Assembly (NCBI GenBank): GCA_023258825.1
Contig: JALQWE010000001.1
Span: 1-34,562, forward strand
Direction of reading: 5' to 3'
DNA from: Planctomycetaceae bacterium
Lineage (GTDB): Bacteria > Planctomycetota > Planctomycetia > Planctomycetales > Planctomycetaceae
Length of the DNA: 34,562 bases
Part shown: positions 25,874-34,562 of the stretch, piece by piece
Layout: each line of letters opens with the position of its first letter
Position numbering within the stretch: position 1 is the first letter of the stretch
Made by a program: the position numbers and the translations under genes
Notes under the pieces: model-generated
What the model was told of the DNA's origin: nothing
The model's database searches: none
The model's input: only the letters and a program-made list of their open reading frames with translations

Positions 25874-26929
25874 CTACCATTTCAATCCACGTGCTGTCTT
25901 CGCCCGAATAATCATGGCTGTCGCATTGATCAGCAACAGCACAACCAGCAACACAACAATGCCGGATGCAGCAACCGCAGTGAAGCGATCCTGAGGATCC
26001 GGCTGCTTGGACCAGTCGTAAATCTCAACAGGCATCGCAGTGAACTGATCAAATGGCACTGACAGAACCCTGGTCGGATTCGTAATCAACTGCAATGGCG
26101 ACTCAATCCCACCCGGACACATTGACGCGACCGTAAGCACACCAATCATCATCAAAGGTGCCGCTTCACCCATGGCGCGCGAGATTGAAAGAATTACACC
26201 CGTCGAAATCCCCGGCAGTGCGGCAGGGATCACCTGACGCCAGATTGTCTGCCATCGTGTCGCCCCAAGAGCCAGTGAGGCTATCCGGATGGAAGACGGT
26301 ACGGCACGCAATGCTTCCTGCGACGCAATAATCACTGTGGGCAGAACCACCAGACTCATCGTCATTGCCCCAACCAGCACATTTCCATCAAAAATCTCCA
26401 GTTGCAGCAATCGCACGCGAAACAACCCCATCACATTGATCGCGTGTCGCCCGTCAAAAAGTTCCTGCAGGAATAAGGTCATCGGACGAAAGGCCGTTAG
26501 CCCCAGAATCCCGTAAACAATGGACGGCACACCTGCCAGATTTGAAAGATTCACCTTGATGACTCGCACGATCACGTTATCCCGAGCCAACTCTTCAAGG
26601 TACACAGCAGAGCCCACCCCGATCGGAATGGAAAAACAGGCTGTTAACAGTACCAGCCAGAACGTTCCCCACACGCCGGCGAGAATTCCACATCGAGCCG
26701 GATTCATCGAGTAATGATTCACCAGAAACCCCGGAGACAATCGCCCCAGACTGTTCCAGACAATTGACGTCAACAGCACTGCCAGCACCGCGAGTGCGCC
26801 GTAAGTCATCAGCCGGCAAACCCACTTGAATATCAATGACAGGAGCAACCGACGACGAATCGTGGAGTCCCCCCCCGATGAAAAACTGATCTCCGGTGAT
26901 GCGATCTGACTTCCGGCCGCCACACTCAC
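25874..26929 (-). CDS. pstA: phosphate ABC transporter permease PstA
   Basis: 351-aa polytopic protein with an EAA-like loop (SQEALRAVPSSIRIASLALGATRWQTIW). It is third in the pst operon, and its GTG start overlaps the pstC stop (GTGA). Confidence 0.88.
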   Translation of the reverse strand: MSVAAGSQIASPEISFSSGGDSTIRRRLLLSLIFKWVCRLMTYGALAVLAVLLTSIVWNSLGRLSPGFLVNHYSMNPARCGILAGVWGTFWLVLLTACFSIPIGVGSAVYLEELARDNVIVRVIKVNLSNLAGVPSIVYGILGLTAFRPMTLFLQELFDGRHAINVMGLFRVRLLQLEIFDGNVLVGAMTMSLVVLPTVIIASQEALRAVPSSIRIASLALGATRWQTIWRQVIPAALPGISTGVILSISRAMGEAAPLMMIGVLTVASMCPGGIESPLQLITNPTRVLSVPFDQFTAMPVEIYDWSKQPDPQDRFTAVAASGIVVLLVVLLLINATAMIIRAKTARGLKW

Positions 26930-27867
26930 TGATACACCTCACGAAATCGCCGCATGATCCAACCGGACAGCAGGTTGATCGCCAGGGTAATGACAAACAG
27001 CGTAATGCCTACCGCATACATACTCATTCGACTGATCGAATCTGCCGCACTGTCTCCTGTGCTCGCGTGAACCATGAACCCAGTCATCGTCTGCGAACCA
27101 CGCAGTGGATTGAGTGTCAAAAGCGGATTGCCGCCGGCCGCTATCGCGACAGCCATCGTCTCTCCTACAGCCCTCGAAAATGCCAGCAGAAAGGAGGCCA
27201 GGATCCCCGACAATGCCGCAGGGACAACAACGCGAGCCGACACGTCAAACCGAGTGCTGCCCAGTGCAAACGCCGCCTCTCGCAGACTCCGCGGTACCGA
27301 CCGAATCACATCCTCACTGAGCGACGCAATCAGAGGCGTCACCATAATCCCCACAACGATCCCGGCACTCAAGCTATTAAAGACAGCCACATCCATCCCA
27401 AGCCATTGCAACAGCGGCTTCAGAATCCATGGCGTGATAAACTTCAATGCAAAAAAACCAAAGACCACTGAAGGAATACCCGCGAGAATCTCCAGAACAG
27501 GCTTTAACCACTCACGCTCCCTCGGGTGCGCGTACTCACTCATGTAGATCGCTGCACCCAAACCGGCAGGAATACTCACCGCCGATGCAATGAAGGCCAC
27601 CAGAAAGGTACCCGACAGCAGTGGCCAGATTCCGAACTGCCCGCCCTCGCCATCGCGGGGCTTCCACTGAGTCGACGTCAGAAACTCCGCCAGTGACACC
27701 CGCTCAAAAAACGCCACTTTTGAGCCCGGAGCATATACAGCATTACTGAGCAGCACAAAGATGATCGCCGCGGTCGTCAGCACCGATAAAGCGGCACACA
27801 CAAACAACGCCCACTGAATGAACGTTTCGTGCCGACGATGAATACGACGAGTCGCCCAGGAAGGCAT
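26926..27867 (-). CDS. pstC: phosphate ABC transporter permease PstC
   Basis: 313-aa polytopic protein with an EAA loop (SEDVIRSVPRSLREAAFALGSTRFD). It is second in the pst operon. Confidence 0.88.
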   Translation of the reverse strand: MPSWATRRIHRRHETFIQWALFVCAALSVLTTAAIIFVLLSNAVYAPGSKVAFFERVSLAEFLTSTQWKPRDGEGGQFGIWPLLSGTFLVAFIASAVSIPAGLGAAIYMSEYAHPREREWLKPVLEILAGIPSVVFGFFALKFITPWILKPLLQWLGMDVAVFNSLSAGIVVGIMVTPLIASLSEDVIRSVPRSLREAAFALGSTRFDVSARVVVPAALSGILASFLLAFSRAVGETMAVAIAAGGNPLLTLNPLRGSQTMTGFMVHASTGDSAADSISRMSMYAVGITLFVITLAINLLSGWIMRRFREVYQ

Positions 27868-28170
27868 AAACTCAGTTACTCGACAGTTTGAGGGAAATCA
27901 CGAATCAAACCTGACAGTACGTCGAAAGTATCCCCGAGATACGACTGCCCTGAAAACCTCAGACTCACGAGGGGCGTCAGACGACCTTTCAACAGACTCC
28001 TGATTCCACATTCTGACAAACAGACACTCCCTGTCCAACCAGCAGGGAACTCAAAAAAACACTTTCCCGAGTTCCCCGCAGTTACATCGCTGCTGACCGG
28101 CACCAATCCAACCACTTTCCGGTGAATCCCAACGCACCACCTGCAGCTCCTCCCGGAGCCACATCATCAC

Positions 28171-29148
28171 TCACTTCGCGGACGTCGCCGCATCCAGTGC
28201 TTCCACGGATGCTTTCAAGTCCGCTTCTGCGAGGGGCACGTAACCCACTTTGCTTACCTGTGCCTGCCCTTCACTCAGAAAGAACCTCGCAAAATCCTGA
28301 ACCTCCGGGCGAGCCAGCGACTTCCTGTTCACGTAAATAAACAATGGACGCGACAACGGCTTGTAGGCTCCCGTCTGCACACTCTCGGTCGAGGGCAATA
28401 CGCCATCAGCGGCACTTTCCGTCGACGACACCCTTAATGCCTTGACCTTGTCCTGGTTTGAAAAGTAGTAGGCACAACCAAAAAATCCCATGCCCCCCTT
28501 TTCACCGGAAACTCCAGTAATCGTCACGTTGTCGTCCGCACTGGCACTGTAGTTGTCCGTGATCAGATCCTCTTTCCCGTTGATCACCTCCGTGAAGTAG
28601 TCAAACGTACCCGACTCTTCCCCAGGGCCAAACAGAGCGATCGGCACGTCCGGCCATGACGGATCCACGTCTTTCCATGACTTCACCGCACTTCCTGGCT
28701 CCCAGATCTTTTTCAACTGCGCCACGGTGATCGAGTCAACCCAGTCATTCTCCCGATTCACACACACCGTCAAGCCATCCAACGCAATTTTCAACTCCAG
28801 TAACTCAATCCCGTTTTTTTCACAATCTGATCGCTCTGACTCCTTCACCGGACGCGATGCATTGGCAATATCAATCCGCCCGGCAATCATCTCCTTGAAA
28901 CCAGTCCCAGTCCCAGTCACTTTCAAGGCAACTTTTGTATCCGTAAAACGCGACTCAAACTCCTCCTGCACGGCAGCGGCAACCTTGGCCACAGTGCTGG
29001 ACCCGTCAACCTGAATCCGCTTCGAACTCTCTGCAGCGGCAGGTGCCTCACCAGCAGACGAGCCCGGCGCATCCACAGACTCTACTGTGCACCCCGCAAC
29101 CATCAACACCATCGCCAGATACACGCCCAGTTTCACACACTCTCTCAT
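28171..29148 (-). CDS. pstS: phosphate ABC transporter substrate-binding lipoprotein PstS
   Basis: The likely start is MRECVKLGVYLAMVLMVAGC (lipobox VAGC; complement of 29146-29148), not the track start at 29229. The PBP-fold motifs GSSTV... and TGTGTGF are typical of PstS. Confidence 0.9.
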   Translation of the reverse strand: MRECVKLGVYLAMVLMVAGCTVESVDAPGSSAGEAPAAAESSKRIQVDGSSTVAKVAAAVQEEFESRFTDTKVALKVTGTGTGFKEMIAGRIDIANASRPVKESERSDCEKNGIELLELKIALDGLTVCVNRENDWVDSITVAQLKKIWEPGSAVKSWKDVDPSWPDVPIALFGPGEESGTFDYFTEVINGKEDLITDNYSASADDNVTITGVSGEKGGMGFFGCAYYFSNQDKVKALRVSSTESAADGVLPSTESVQTGAYKPLSRPLFIYVNRKSLARPEVQDFARFFLSEGQAQVSKVGYVPLAEADLKASVEALDAATSAK

Positions 29149-29255
29149 GGTTCTTTCCAGTGAATCAATTCCGCCAGTATTCTGACACCCGCCGCCAGTA
29201 ACCGGCCGCAGACAACAACGCCAAAACACCTCTCTCGTTCAGTTCAACACCGAAT

Positions 29256-29273
29256 TGTTAAGAATCGGTTAAG
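29256..29273 (-). promoter_or_regulatory. Pho-box-like direct repeat upstream of pstS
   Basis: The plus strand has TGTTAAG at 29256 and GGTTAAG at 29267 (11-bp period). Read with transcription it is CTTAACCgattCTTAACA, 108-125 nt upstream of the pstS ATG. The same ATTGTTAAG word occurs at the phoU site. Confidence 0.45.
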
Positions 29274-29582
29274 AAAAACAATCGAATCCACAACCACGCT
29301 ATCACACTCTCCTGTCGTTCCCCCAAGGCTAAACACCGACTTCCCGATCCCCAACTAAGGTTCGGCCAACTGAGGAGAAATTCCCCGGCGGCGAAAAATT
29401 CTCCACCAAATCGGCCACCCAATCACCGCCTTTTCTTCGAATTCCGTCAATCAGACTCCGGTACGGAATTTGCCAATCTGCCTACCTCGATGTCATTTTT
29501 CCGGAAACATTTCCAAAACTCTGAGCTACCGATTGTCTGCCATGAACGTTCTCAGGGGCGATGGATTACACAGGGCATTCGC

Positions 29583-30608
29583 ATGAAAAACGATCTGCGT
29601 CGCCGATCAAGCGGATTCACGCTCATCGAATTACTTGTCGTGATTGCGATCATTGCAATTCTCGTCGCTCTTTTGCTGCCTGCCGTTCAACAGGCCCGAG
29701 AAGCCGCTCGCCGAACTCAATGCCGAAATCACTTGAAGCAAATTGCCCTCGCCGTGGCAAACTACGAGTCCGCTTTCGGTCTGCTGCCACCCAGCATGGC
29801 AGTAAATCCCAATCTGACCACAAATGCCTCATGGTCTATTCACGGTCGCATTCTTCCGTATCTGGAACAAGTGTCGCTGTATCAACAAATTGATCTCTCG
29901 AAATCGTGGGGTAACTTTCCGGTTATCAGCAATTTTCGAGTTCCCGTTTACGCATGTCCGTCCGACCCGAAATCTGATCGCCCACGCGATACAGGGACCA
30001 ATGGAATTTTTCTGCTCCCCACCTGCTACGGCTTCAATTTCGGAACATGGCTGGTCTACAACCCCGTTACGGGCGCTGGCGGCGATGGCATCACTTTTCC
30101 GAACTCCCGTATTCGTTTTGCTGACCTGACCGACGGAACCAGCAATACCCTGCTGGCTTCAGAGGTACACGCATGGACCGCCTACACCAGAAATGGCGGA
30201 CCACCGTCCACTGCCGTCCCGAATACCATTGCCGACGTGGCCCTCTACGCAGCCTCCGGATTACGAGATCGGATCCTGCCAGCAACAAAAGATGGAACGG
30301 GACACACGGAATGGGCCAATGGCCATTCCCACCACAGCGGCTTTACGACCACACTCACGCCCAACTCAAACGTCGTCTTTGTCGATAACGGTGTCACTTA
30401 CCAGAACACGGACTACGCGTCACGCCAGGAAGGCAGTTCCCTGACGTCTGTCAGCTATTCCGCACTGAACTCTCGCAGTTATCACACGGGAAGTGTTCAC
30501 TCTGCTCTGTGCGACGGCTCTGTTCGAGTCGTCAGTTCCAGTATCGATCTCAGAGTCTGGAGAGCACTTGGAAGCCGCGATGGCGGGGAAGTAGCAACTG
30601 GTTTCTGA
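29583..30608 (+). CDS. DUF1559 protein with a type IV pilin-like N-terminal cleavage/methylation signal
   Basis: The ATG at 29583 gives [61 protein letters not shown]. The C-terminal ..ALCDGSVR.. is typical of the family. The track start at 29490 adds an unlikely leader. Confidence 0.9.
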   Translation: MKNDLRRRSSGFTLIELLVVIAIIAILVALLLPAVQQAREAARRTQCRNHLKQIALAVANYESAFGLLPPSMAVNPNLTTNASWSIHGRILPYLEQVSLYQQIDLSKSWGNFPVISNFRVPVYACPSDPKSDRPRDTGTNGIFLLPTCYGFNFGTWLVYNPVTGAGGDGITFPNSRIRFADLTDGTSNTLLASEVHAWTAYTRNGGPPSTAVPNTIADVALYAASGLRDRILPATKDGTGHTEWANGHSHHSGFTTTLTPNSNVVFVDNGVTYQNTDYASRQEGSSLTSVSYSALNSRSYHTGSVHSALCDGSVRVVSSSIDLRVWRALGSRDGGEVATGF

Positions 30609-30644
30609 TTTCAGAGGAATCTTCCGGTCAGCTACCCCTCCTGA

Positions 30645-31343
30645 TCACCCGGAGGAATCTGTGCACTCCTGCTGAATTTCAGCAAACCAACTCTGCAGCC
30701 AGAGCCGGGGAATTCCAATAGAACAGACCTCAACTGTCCCTGTAAACCTGTCAGCGCCCGAAAACTCAAACCCCCGCTTTCTGGCGACAAAAGTCACAGT
30801 TCTGTCAGCTCGAACGCAGACTCCACGGACTGCTCCTGTGTCGCAATCCATACCTGACGGCAGATCCACGGCCAGCACTGCCGCTCCGGACTGATTGATC
30901 TGCTGAATCGCCTCGACGTATGGACTGACAACTTCTCCCCGAATCCCCGTGCCCAGCAAGGCGTCTACGATCAGATCACGTTTTGACAAGCCACGTAGAG
31001 CATCTCTGAGTTCTGCTGCATCTGGCTTCCGTACAACCATGCCCGATCGAATCAGAATGTCGAAGTTTGTCTGCGCATCGCTGCTGAGTACTCGATTTCC
31101 CGACACCAGAAACACCTCAGCAGAGATGCCCTCCGCAGCCAGCAGACGTGCTACAGCAAGGCCGTCACCCCCATTGTTTCCGTGTCCGGCCATGATCAGA
31201 ATTCGCTGCCATGAACCACTCTGAGCGATCGCGCGACAAACCCCGCGAGCCGCATTCTCCATCAACAACAGGCCGGGGATCCCCAGCAGGCGAATTGCAT
31301 CCTGATCCAGTCTCCGAACCTGATCGCGCGTCAGGAATTCCAT
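30645..31343 (-). CDS. nnrE: NAD(P)H-hydrate epimerase (stand-alone YjeF N-terminal domain)
   Basis: 232 aa. Contains LMENAARGV and GHGNNGGDGLAVARLL, signatures of the YjeF_N domain. There is no C-terminal dehydratase domain. Confidence 0.85.
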   Translation of the reverse strand: MEFLTRDQVRRLDQDAIRLLGIPGLLLMENAARGVCRAIAQSGSWQRILIMAGHGNNGGDGLAVARLLAAEGISAEVFLVSGNRVLSSDAQTNFDILIRSGMVVRKPDAAELRDALRGLSKRDLIVDALLGTGIRGEVVSPYVEAIQQINQSGAAVLAVDLPSGMDCDTGAVRGVCVRADRTVTFVARKRGFEFSGADRFTGTVEVCSIGIPRLWLQSWFAEIQQECTDSSG

Positions 31344-31401
31344 GTCGCCAACTCCGGGTTTTCACCATTCACCGAAGAGCTCTGCACGCAGTCTCCCGCG
31401 A

Positions 31402-32493
31402 TCAGCCAGCAACACCGGATGCTGAGCGCAGTCGAGATGCGGCCGAACGCAGCAATTCCGCTGTCGTATTCAGGTCAATACAACCGTCGGTGATACTAAC
31501 TCCATATTTCAACGCCCCTGGATCATCCCCCAGCGTCTGTGCTCCCTCATGGAGATTGCTCTCCAGCATCAACCCCACGATCTCATCATTGCCCGCAGCA
31601 CGCTGCTCGATCACATCCGACCAGACTTCCGGTTGCCGTCGATAGTCCTTGCTGGAATTTGCATGGCTGCAATCCACCACCAGCCTCGGAGGTAGCTTTG
31701 CTGACCTCAGCATTCGACTGGCCTCAGCCACTGCTTCCGCATGGTAGTTCGGACCAGATCGCCCTCCTCGCAGAATCAGGTGCCCATACTCATTACCACG
31801 TGTAGTCATGACACACGTCTTGCCATCATGATTAATCCCAAGGAAATGATGCGACGCACTGGCCGCTTTCATTGCATTGATGGCCACTTCCAGACTGCCC
31901 TCCGTGCTGTTCTTGAACCCCACTGGCATCGACAGACCACTCGCCATCTGTCGATGCGTCGGAGATTCCGTCGTTCGAGCACCAATCGATGCCAGCGTAA
32001 TCAGGTCAGCGATGTACTGCGGCGTAATCGGTTCAAGCATCTCGGTAGCCGCCGGCAACCCGACACAGTTGATGTCACAAAGAATCCGCCTCGCTCTGCG
32101 AAGCCCCTCCGCGATGTCAAAGGTATCATTCAGATGCGGATCGTTGATCATGCCTTTCCAGCCCACCGTCGTCCGGGGTTTTTCAAAGTACACACGCATG
32201 ACCACCAGAATGGAATCACCGACCTCGTCAGCCACGACCTTCAGCCCGCGAGCATACTCCAGCGCCATTTCGGTGTCGTGAATTGAGCAGGGGCCAACGA
32301 TGGCAATCACCCGCTTGTCTTTGCCCTTCAGAACATCGCACACCGCGCTACGCGAACGCCAGACATGGTTGGCAACTTCGGCCGTCAGCGGGTACTCCCG
32401 TTTCAGTTCAGCCGGAGAAATCAATGGCAGCGTACCACAAATGTTGACGTCCTGCAGGGAGGGCTCAGCTGTATTCGTTTCGGAGGGTTTCAT
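31402..32493 (-). CDS. aroG: 3-deoxy-7-phosphoheptulonate (DAHP) synthase, class I
   Basis: The segment IVGPCSIHD..ALEYA, GLPAATE and KPRT..GWKG are class I-alpha signatures. The likely start is MKPSETNT (complement of 32491-32493). Isozyme/feedback type cannot be told from sequence, so the symbol is generic. Confidence 0.92.
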   Translation of the reverse strand: MKPSETNTAEPSLQDVNICGTLPLISPAELKREYPLTAEVANHVWRSRSAVCDVLKGKDKRVIAIVGPCSIHDTEMALEYARGLKVVADEVGDSILVVMRVYFEKPRTTVGWKGMINDPHLNDTFDIAEGLRRARRILCDINCVGLPAATEMLEPITPQYIADLITLASIGARTTESPTHRQMASGLSMPVGFKNSTEGSLEVAINAMKAASASHHFLGINHDGKTCVMTTRGNEYGHLILRGGRSGPNYHAEAVAEASRMLRSAKLPPRLVVDCSHANSSKDYRRQPEVWSDVIEQRAAGNDEIVGLMLESNLHEGAQTLGDDPGALKYGVSITDGCIDLNTTAELLRSAASRLRSASGVAG

Positions 32494-32939
32494 CAGTCGT
32501 ATCCGGCCACACCCATTCCGGTGGACCATCCGGGAAATACCATCGGGGCAACTTCGGGCCAGGCCGCAGTTGTTATCTCTGCCTGATCGGCGGACACAGG
32601 ATGCAACAGAGTCACCCAGGAGCCCTCACGCTCGGCAACATGTCATCTTCGGGCCGGTTCATCTGCGACCGCAGATCCGGACGCCTAACCTGAATCAGCC
32701 CGAAGAACCCCAAGTATCCGGCAATGGATGACCTTTCGCAAGAACAGGCCTGAAAATGTGACGGAGTTGAGCGGATTCGAGCCCCGGCCCGGAAATTTCA
32801 TGAGTGTTTTCGCAGATTCGACGGGTTCTTCAGACGAGAAGGGCACAATCACACACGGGATTCCCCCCGAAAGAAACGGCACACATTCCTCCGGTCGGTG
32901 ATGAAATCTTCAGATCGCCTTTCACCGATGCTCGATGGA

Positions 32940-33971
32940 TTAGCGGTCCAGATCTTTCGCAACCACGACAATGTGCTGCCCCTTGGGGACCGGCGCGGCC
33001 CACGCCTGCGCCAGCACAACCCCATCAAGGGCTGCCACACAGGCATAAGGTGGAAGATCAAACTGATCAAAGTCGTGCAGATAGCCTACCGTCTGACCTT
33101 TCTTCACAGCTGTGCCACATTCCACCAATGGCTCATAATGCCCGGCAAAGGGTGCTGGAATGAAGCAGCCACGATCCACCATCTCCAGTCTCTTCTGAGT
33201 TCCCGCTTTGTGGTGGGCTATGGGCTCAATCGTTCCAGACATCAGTCCATTGTTGATCAGGGCCGCAAGGACTCCCTGTCGACCGTAACGAACACCCTCC
33301 GGATTCACCGCTCGCCCCCAACCCAACTCTGTGCCAACAGTGATCTTCCCCAATCGCTCCGCCTCAGAGGGAAGAAGCCCGGGCGTCTGATTCTGATAAA
33401 TCATCAGAGCCGGCGTCCCGAACCATCGTGCCGTCTCCTCAATTTTTGCAGCCTGCAGCGGATCATCAACCGGATGATAATTCGCACATATCGCAAATCG
33501 TGCCACATCGCCACCAGAGTGCAGATCCAGCACGATGTGCACGCGTGGCCAGATGTACGTTCTCACAAAGTCTGCAATTCGATGAGTGATTCCAGACAGA
33601 GCGGGGTGGCGGCCGGCACCGTCTACAAATGCCCGATTCAGGTTCACCCCATCATCCATACGACTCTCCCGAGTTCCACTCAGAAAGGCTGACGGATTCA
33701 GAACGGGGATCAGAATTATTCGGCCACGCACGTCCTCGAAACGAATCTCACGAACCAGGTGCTTTAATGCCACAGGGCCTTCATATTCATTGCCATGGTT
33801 CGATCCAAACGCAACCAGTCCCTGCCCCTCACTGGCCTCCGGCCCCACAAACACAGTCAGCGGAAACAAGTGGTCCCCCCAAATGCTGTCGTGCTCCAGT
33901 GCCACCCAGTAATCACGTCGCCCTGGTGAATCCAGATCCAGTCGCTCCGGTCGCACGATCTCTCTGAGCAT
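32940..33971 (-). CDS. succinylglutamate desuccinylase/aspartoacylase (AstE/AspA) family zinc deacylase
   Basis: 343 aa with the zinc-binding motif GSNHGNEYEG near the N-terminus and a later LDLHSGG. The length and C-terminal beta domain fit the family. Confidence 0.78.
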   Translation of the reverse strand: MLREIVRPERLDLDSPGRRDYWVALEHDSIWGDHLFPLTVFVGPEASEGQGLVAFGSNHGNEYEGPVALKHLVREIRFEDVRGRIILIPVLNPSAFLSGTRESRMDDGVNLNRAFVDGAGRHPALSGITHRIADFVRTYIWPRVHIVLDLHSGGDVARFAICANYHPVDDPLQAAKIEETARWFGTPALMIYQNQTPGLLPSEAERLGKITVGTELGWGRAVNPEGVRYGRQGVLAALINNGLMSGTIEPIAHHKAGTQKRLEMVDRGCFIPAPFAGHYEPLVECGTAVKKGQTVGYLHDFDQFDLPPYACVAALDGVVLAQAWAAPVPKGQHIVVVAKDLDR

Positions 33972-34179
33972 TTTCTCGTCCCCTGTTCCTCATATCGTCA
34001 GTACAACTTAAAAACAGCCTGCAACCACCAGGACACCCTCAACCACTCACCCCATGGTGGCAACTCGGGAATTGTGACGGGAACCCCGAAACCTGAAAAG
34101 CCTGAATCAGACAACGGCACCTGGCATCCACTCAAACCAAGCTCACTAGGTGCCATGCACCTCATTAGCCCCATGCGAG

Positions 34180-34204
34180 AAAAAACTGGTCAAGATGACC
34201 AGTT
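34180..34204 (-). terminator. Rho-independent terminator for a minus-strand transcript entering from the right edge
   Basis: AACTGGTCA-aga-TGACCAGTT is a perfect 9-bp stem (34184-34204). On the minus strand it is followed directly by a T run (complement of A34180-34183). Confidence 0.55.
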
Positions 34205-34562
34205 TCAATCTCAACCCACTTGAGTCGAATGTGTCGACATACCCTGGCCCACAAACGTGTGCCGTGCTGTGGTTCTTTTACGGCCGACTGTGCAGGCGCG
34301 ATGCCTGGGAATCTCTGATTCCGACTCTCAAGGCAGTGAAAGGCGCAGCAGAGACGGTTTTTCCACTCAGAATCTGAATTCTATCTGCGTCACTTCCGTA
34401 CCAATACCGCCGAGCAGTCCGCGTTATTCAGCGGGGGCCGGAATCTTTCAGCGCTGCGACGGGGTACTTCGGCAGTTTCGTCTCAGGCTGCTGACATTTG
34501 CAAGGGCCTCCGGACGTCCTGCTTCCGTGCGGAATCGCCGGCGGAAGTTGCGCACGAGATCC

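Noticed and set aside
24725-29229. N-terminal extensions in the ORF track for phoU (to 24856) and pstS (to 29229), and similarly cysE (to 6860), the DAHP synthase (to 32529), pyrE (from 18613) and the second DUF1559 gene (from 29490)
   Set aside because: The extensions are not protein-like or would bury signal peptides. Internal Met codons reproduce the canonical family N-termini, so I used the shorter coordinates.
33898-33908. An AGTGCCACCCA motif copy inside the AstE/AspA-family gene
   Set aside because: It is a single copy in a well-supported CDS (it encodes ..YWVALEH.. on the minus strand) and lacks the flanking repeat context. It is most simply chance or codon-driven.
34448-34562. Possible 3' end of a minus-strand gene running off the right edge (frame giving ...DLVRNFRRRFRTEAGRPEALANVSSLRRNCRSTPSQR*)
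   Set aside because: All three minus frames are open for 25-45 codons here, and the fragment is too short to pick one. The downstream minus-strand terminator at 34180-34204 suggests a transcript does enter from the right, but I cannot support a specific CDS call.

Overview
This is a 34.6-kb chromosomal window, probably from a planctomycete. That assignment is inference only, based on two DUF1559 prepilin-like paralogs, FwdB/FwdD-type C1 genes and Tat/lipoprotein-rich secreted proteins. I count about 30 protein genes, mostly housekeeping. They include partial rbsK with a nucleoside hydrolase, argH, queF, a fwdD-fwdB-like pair, cysE, two secreted proteins, a Tat-signal amidohydrolase and a polyprenol-kinase-like membrane protein. 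The rest are an RluA-family pseudouridine synthase, moeA, a HAD hydrolase, a UbiA prenyltransferase, pyrE, a 439-aa orphan, a 2Fe-2S ferredoxin-like protein, nnrE, a class I DAHP synthase, an AstE/AspA-family deacylase, and a complete pstS-pstC-pstA-pstB-phoU-phoB block. I found no rRNA, tRNA or CRISPR. Several ORF-track starts look too long; I give shorter starts for cysE, fwdD, pyrE, phoU, pstS, the DAHP synthase and the second DUF1559 gene. The unusual content is non-coding. An 11-nt motif, GGTGCCACCCA, occurs about 17 times, only in intergenic DNA. It forms a same-strand cluster at 8.58-8.95 kb and a tandem, inverted-repeat mosaic at 16.05-16.64 kb. The mosaic lies just downstream of a single HUH/Y1 (IS200/RAYT-like) transposase homolog at 14650-15693. 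I read this as a REP/RAYT-like (REPtron) system of an atypical kind, and it is the best candidate for something poorly described. Other points are TTAACA-type direct repeats at 11-bp spacing (Pho-box-like) upstream of pstS and inside the operon upstream of phoU, overlapping hairpins between pstS and pstC, a stand-alone FwdD/FwdB module, and an orphan acidic protein behind a 0.5-0.7 kb ORF-free leader. All calls rest on reading the sequence and on family knowledge; no database search was possible.
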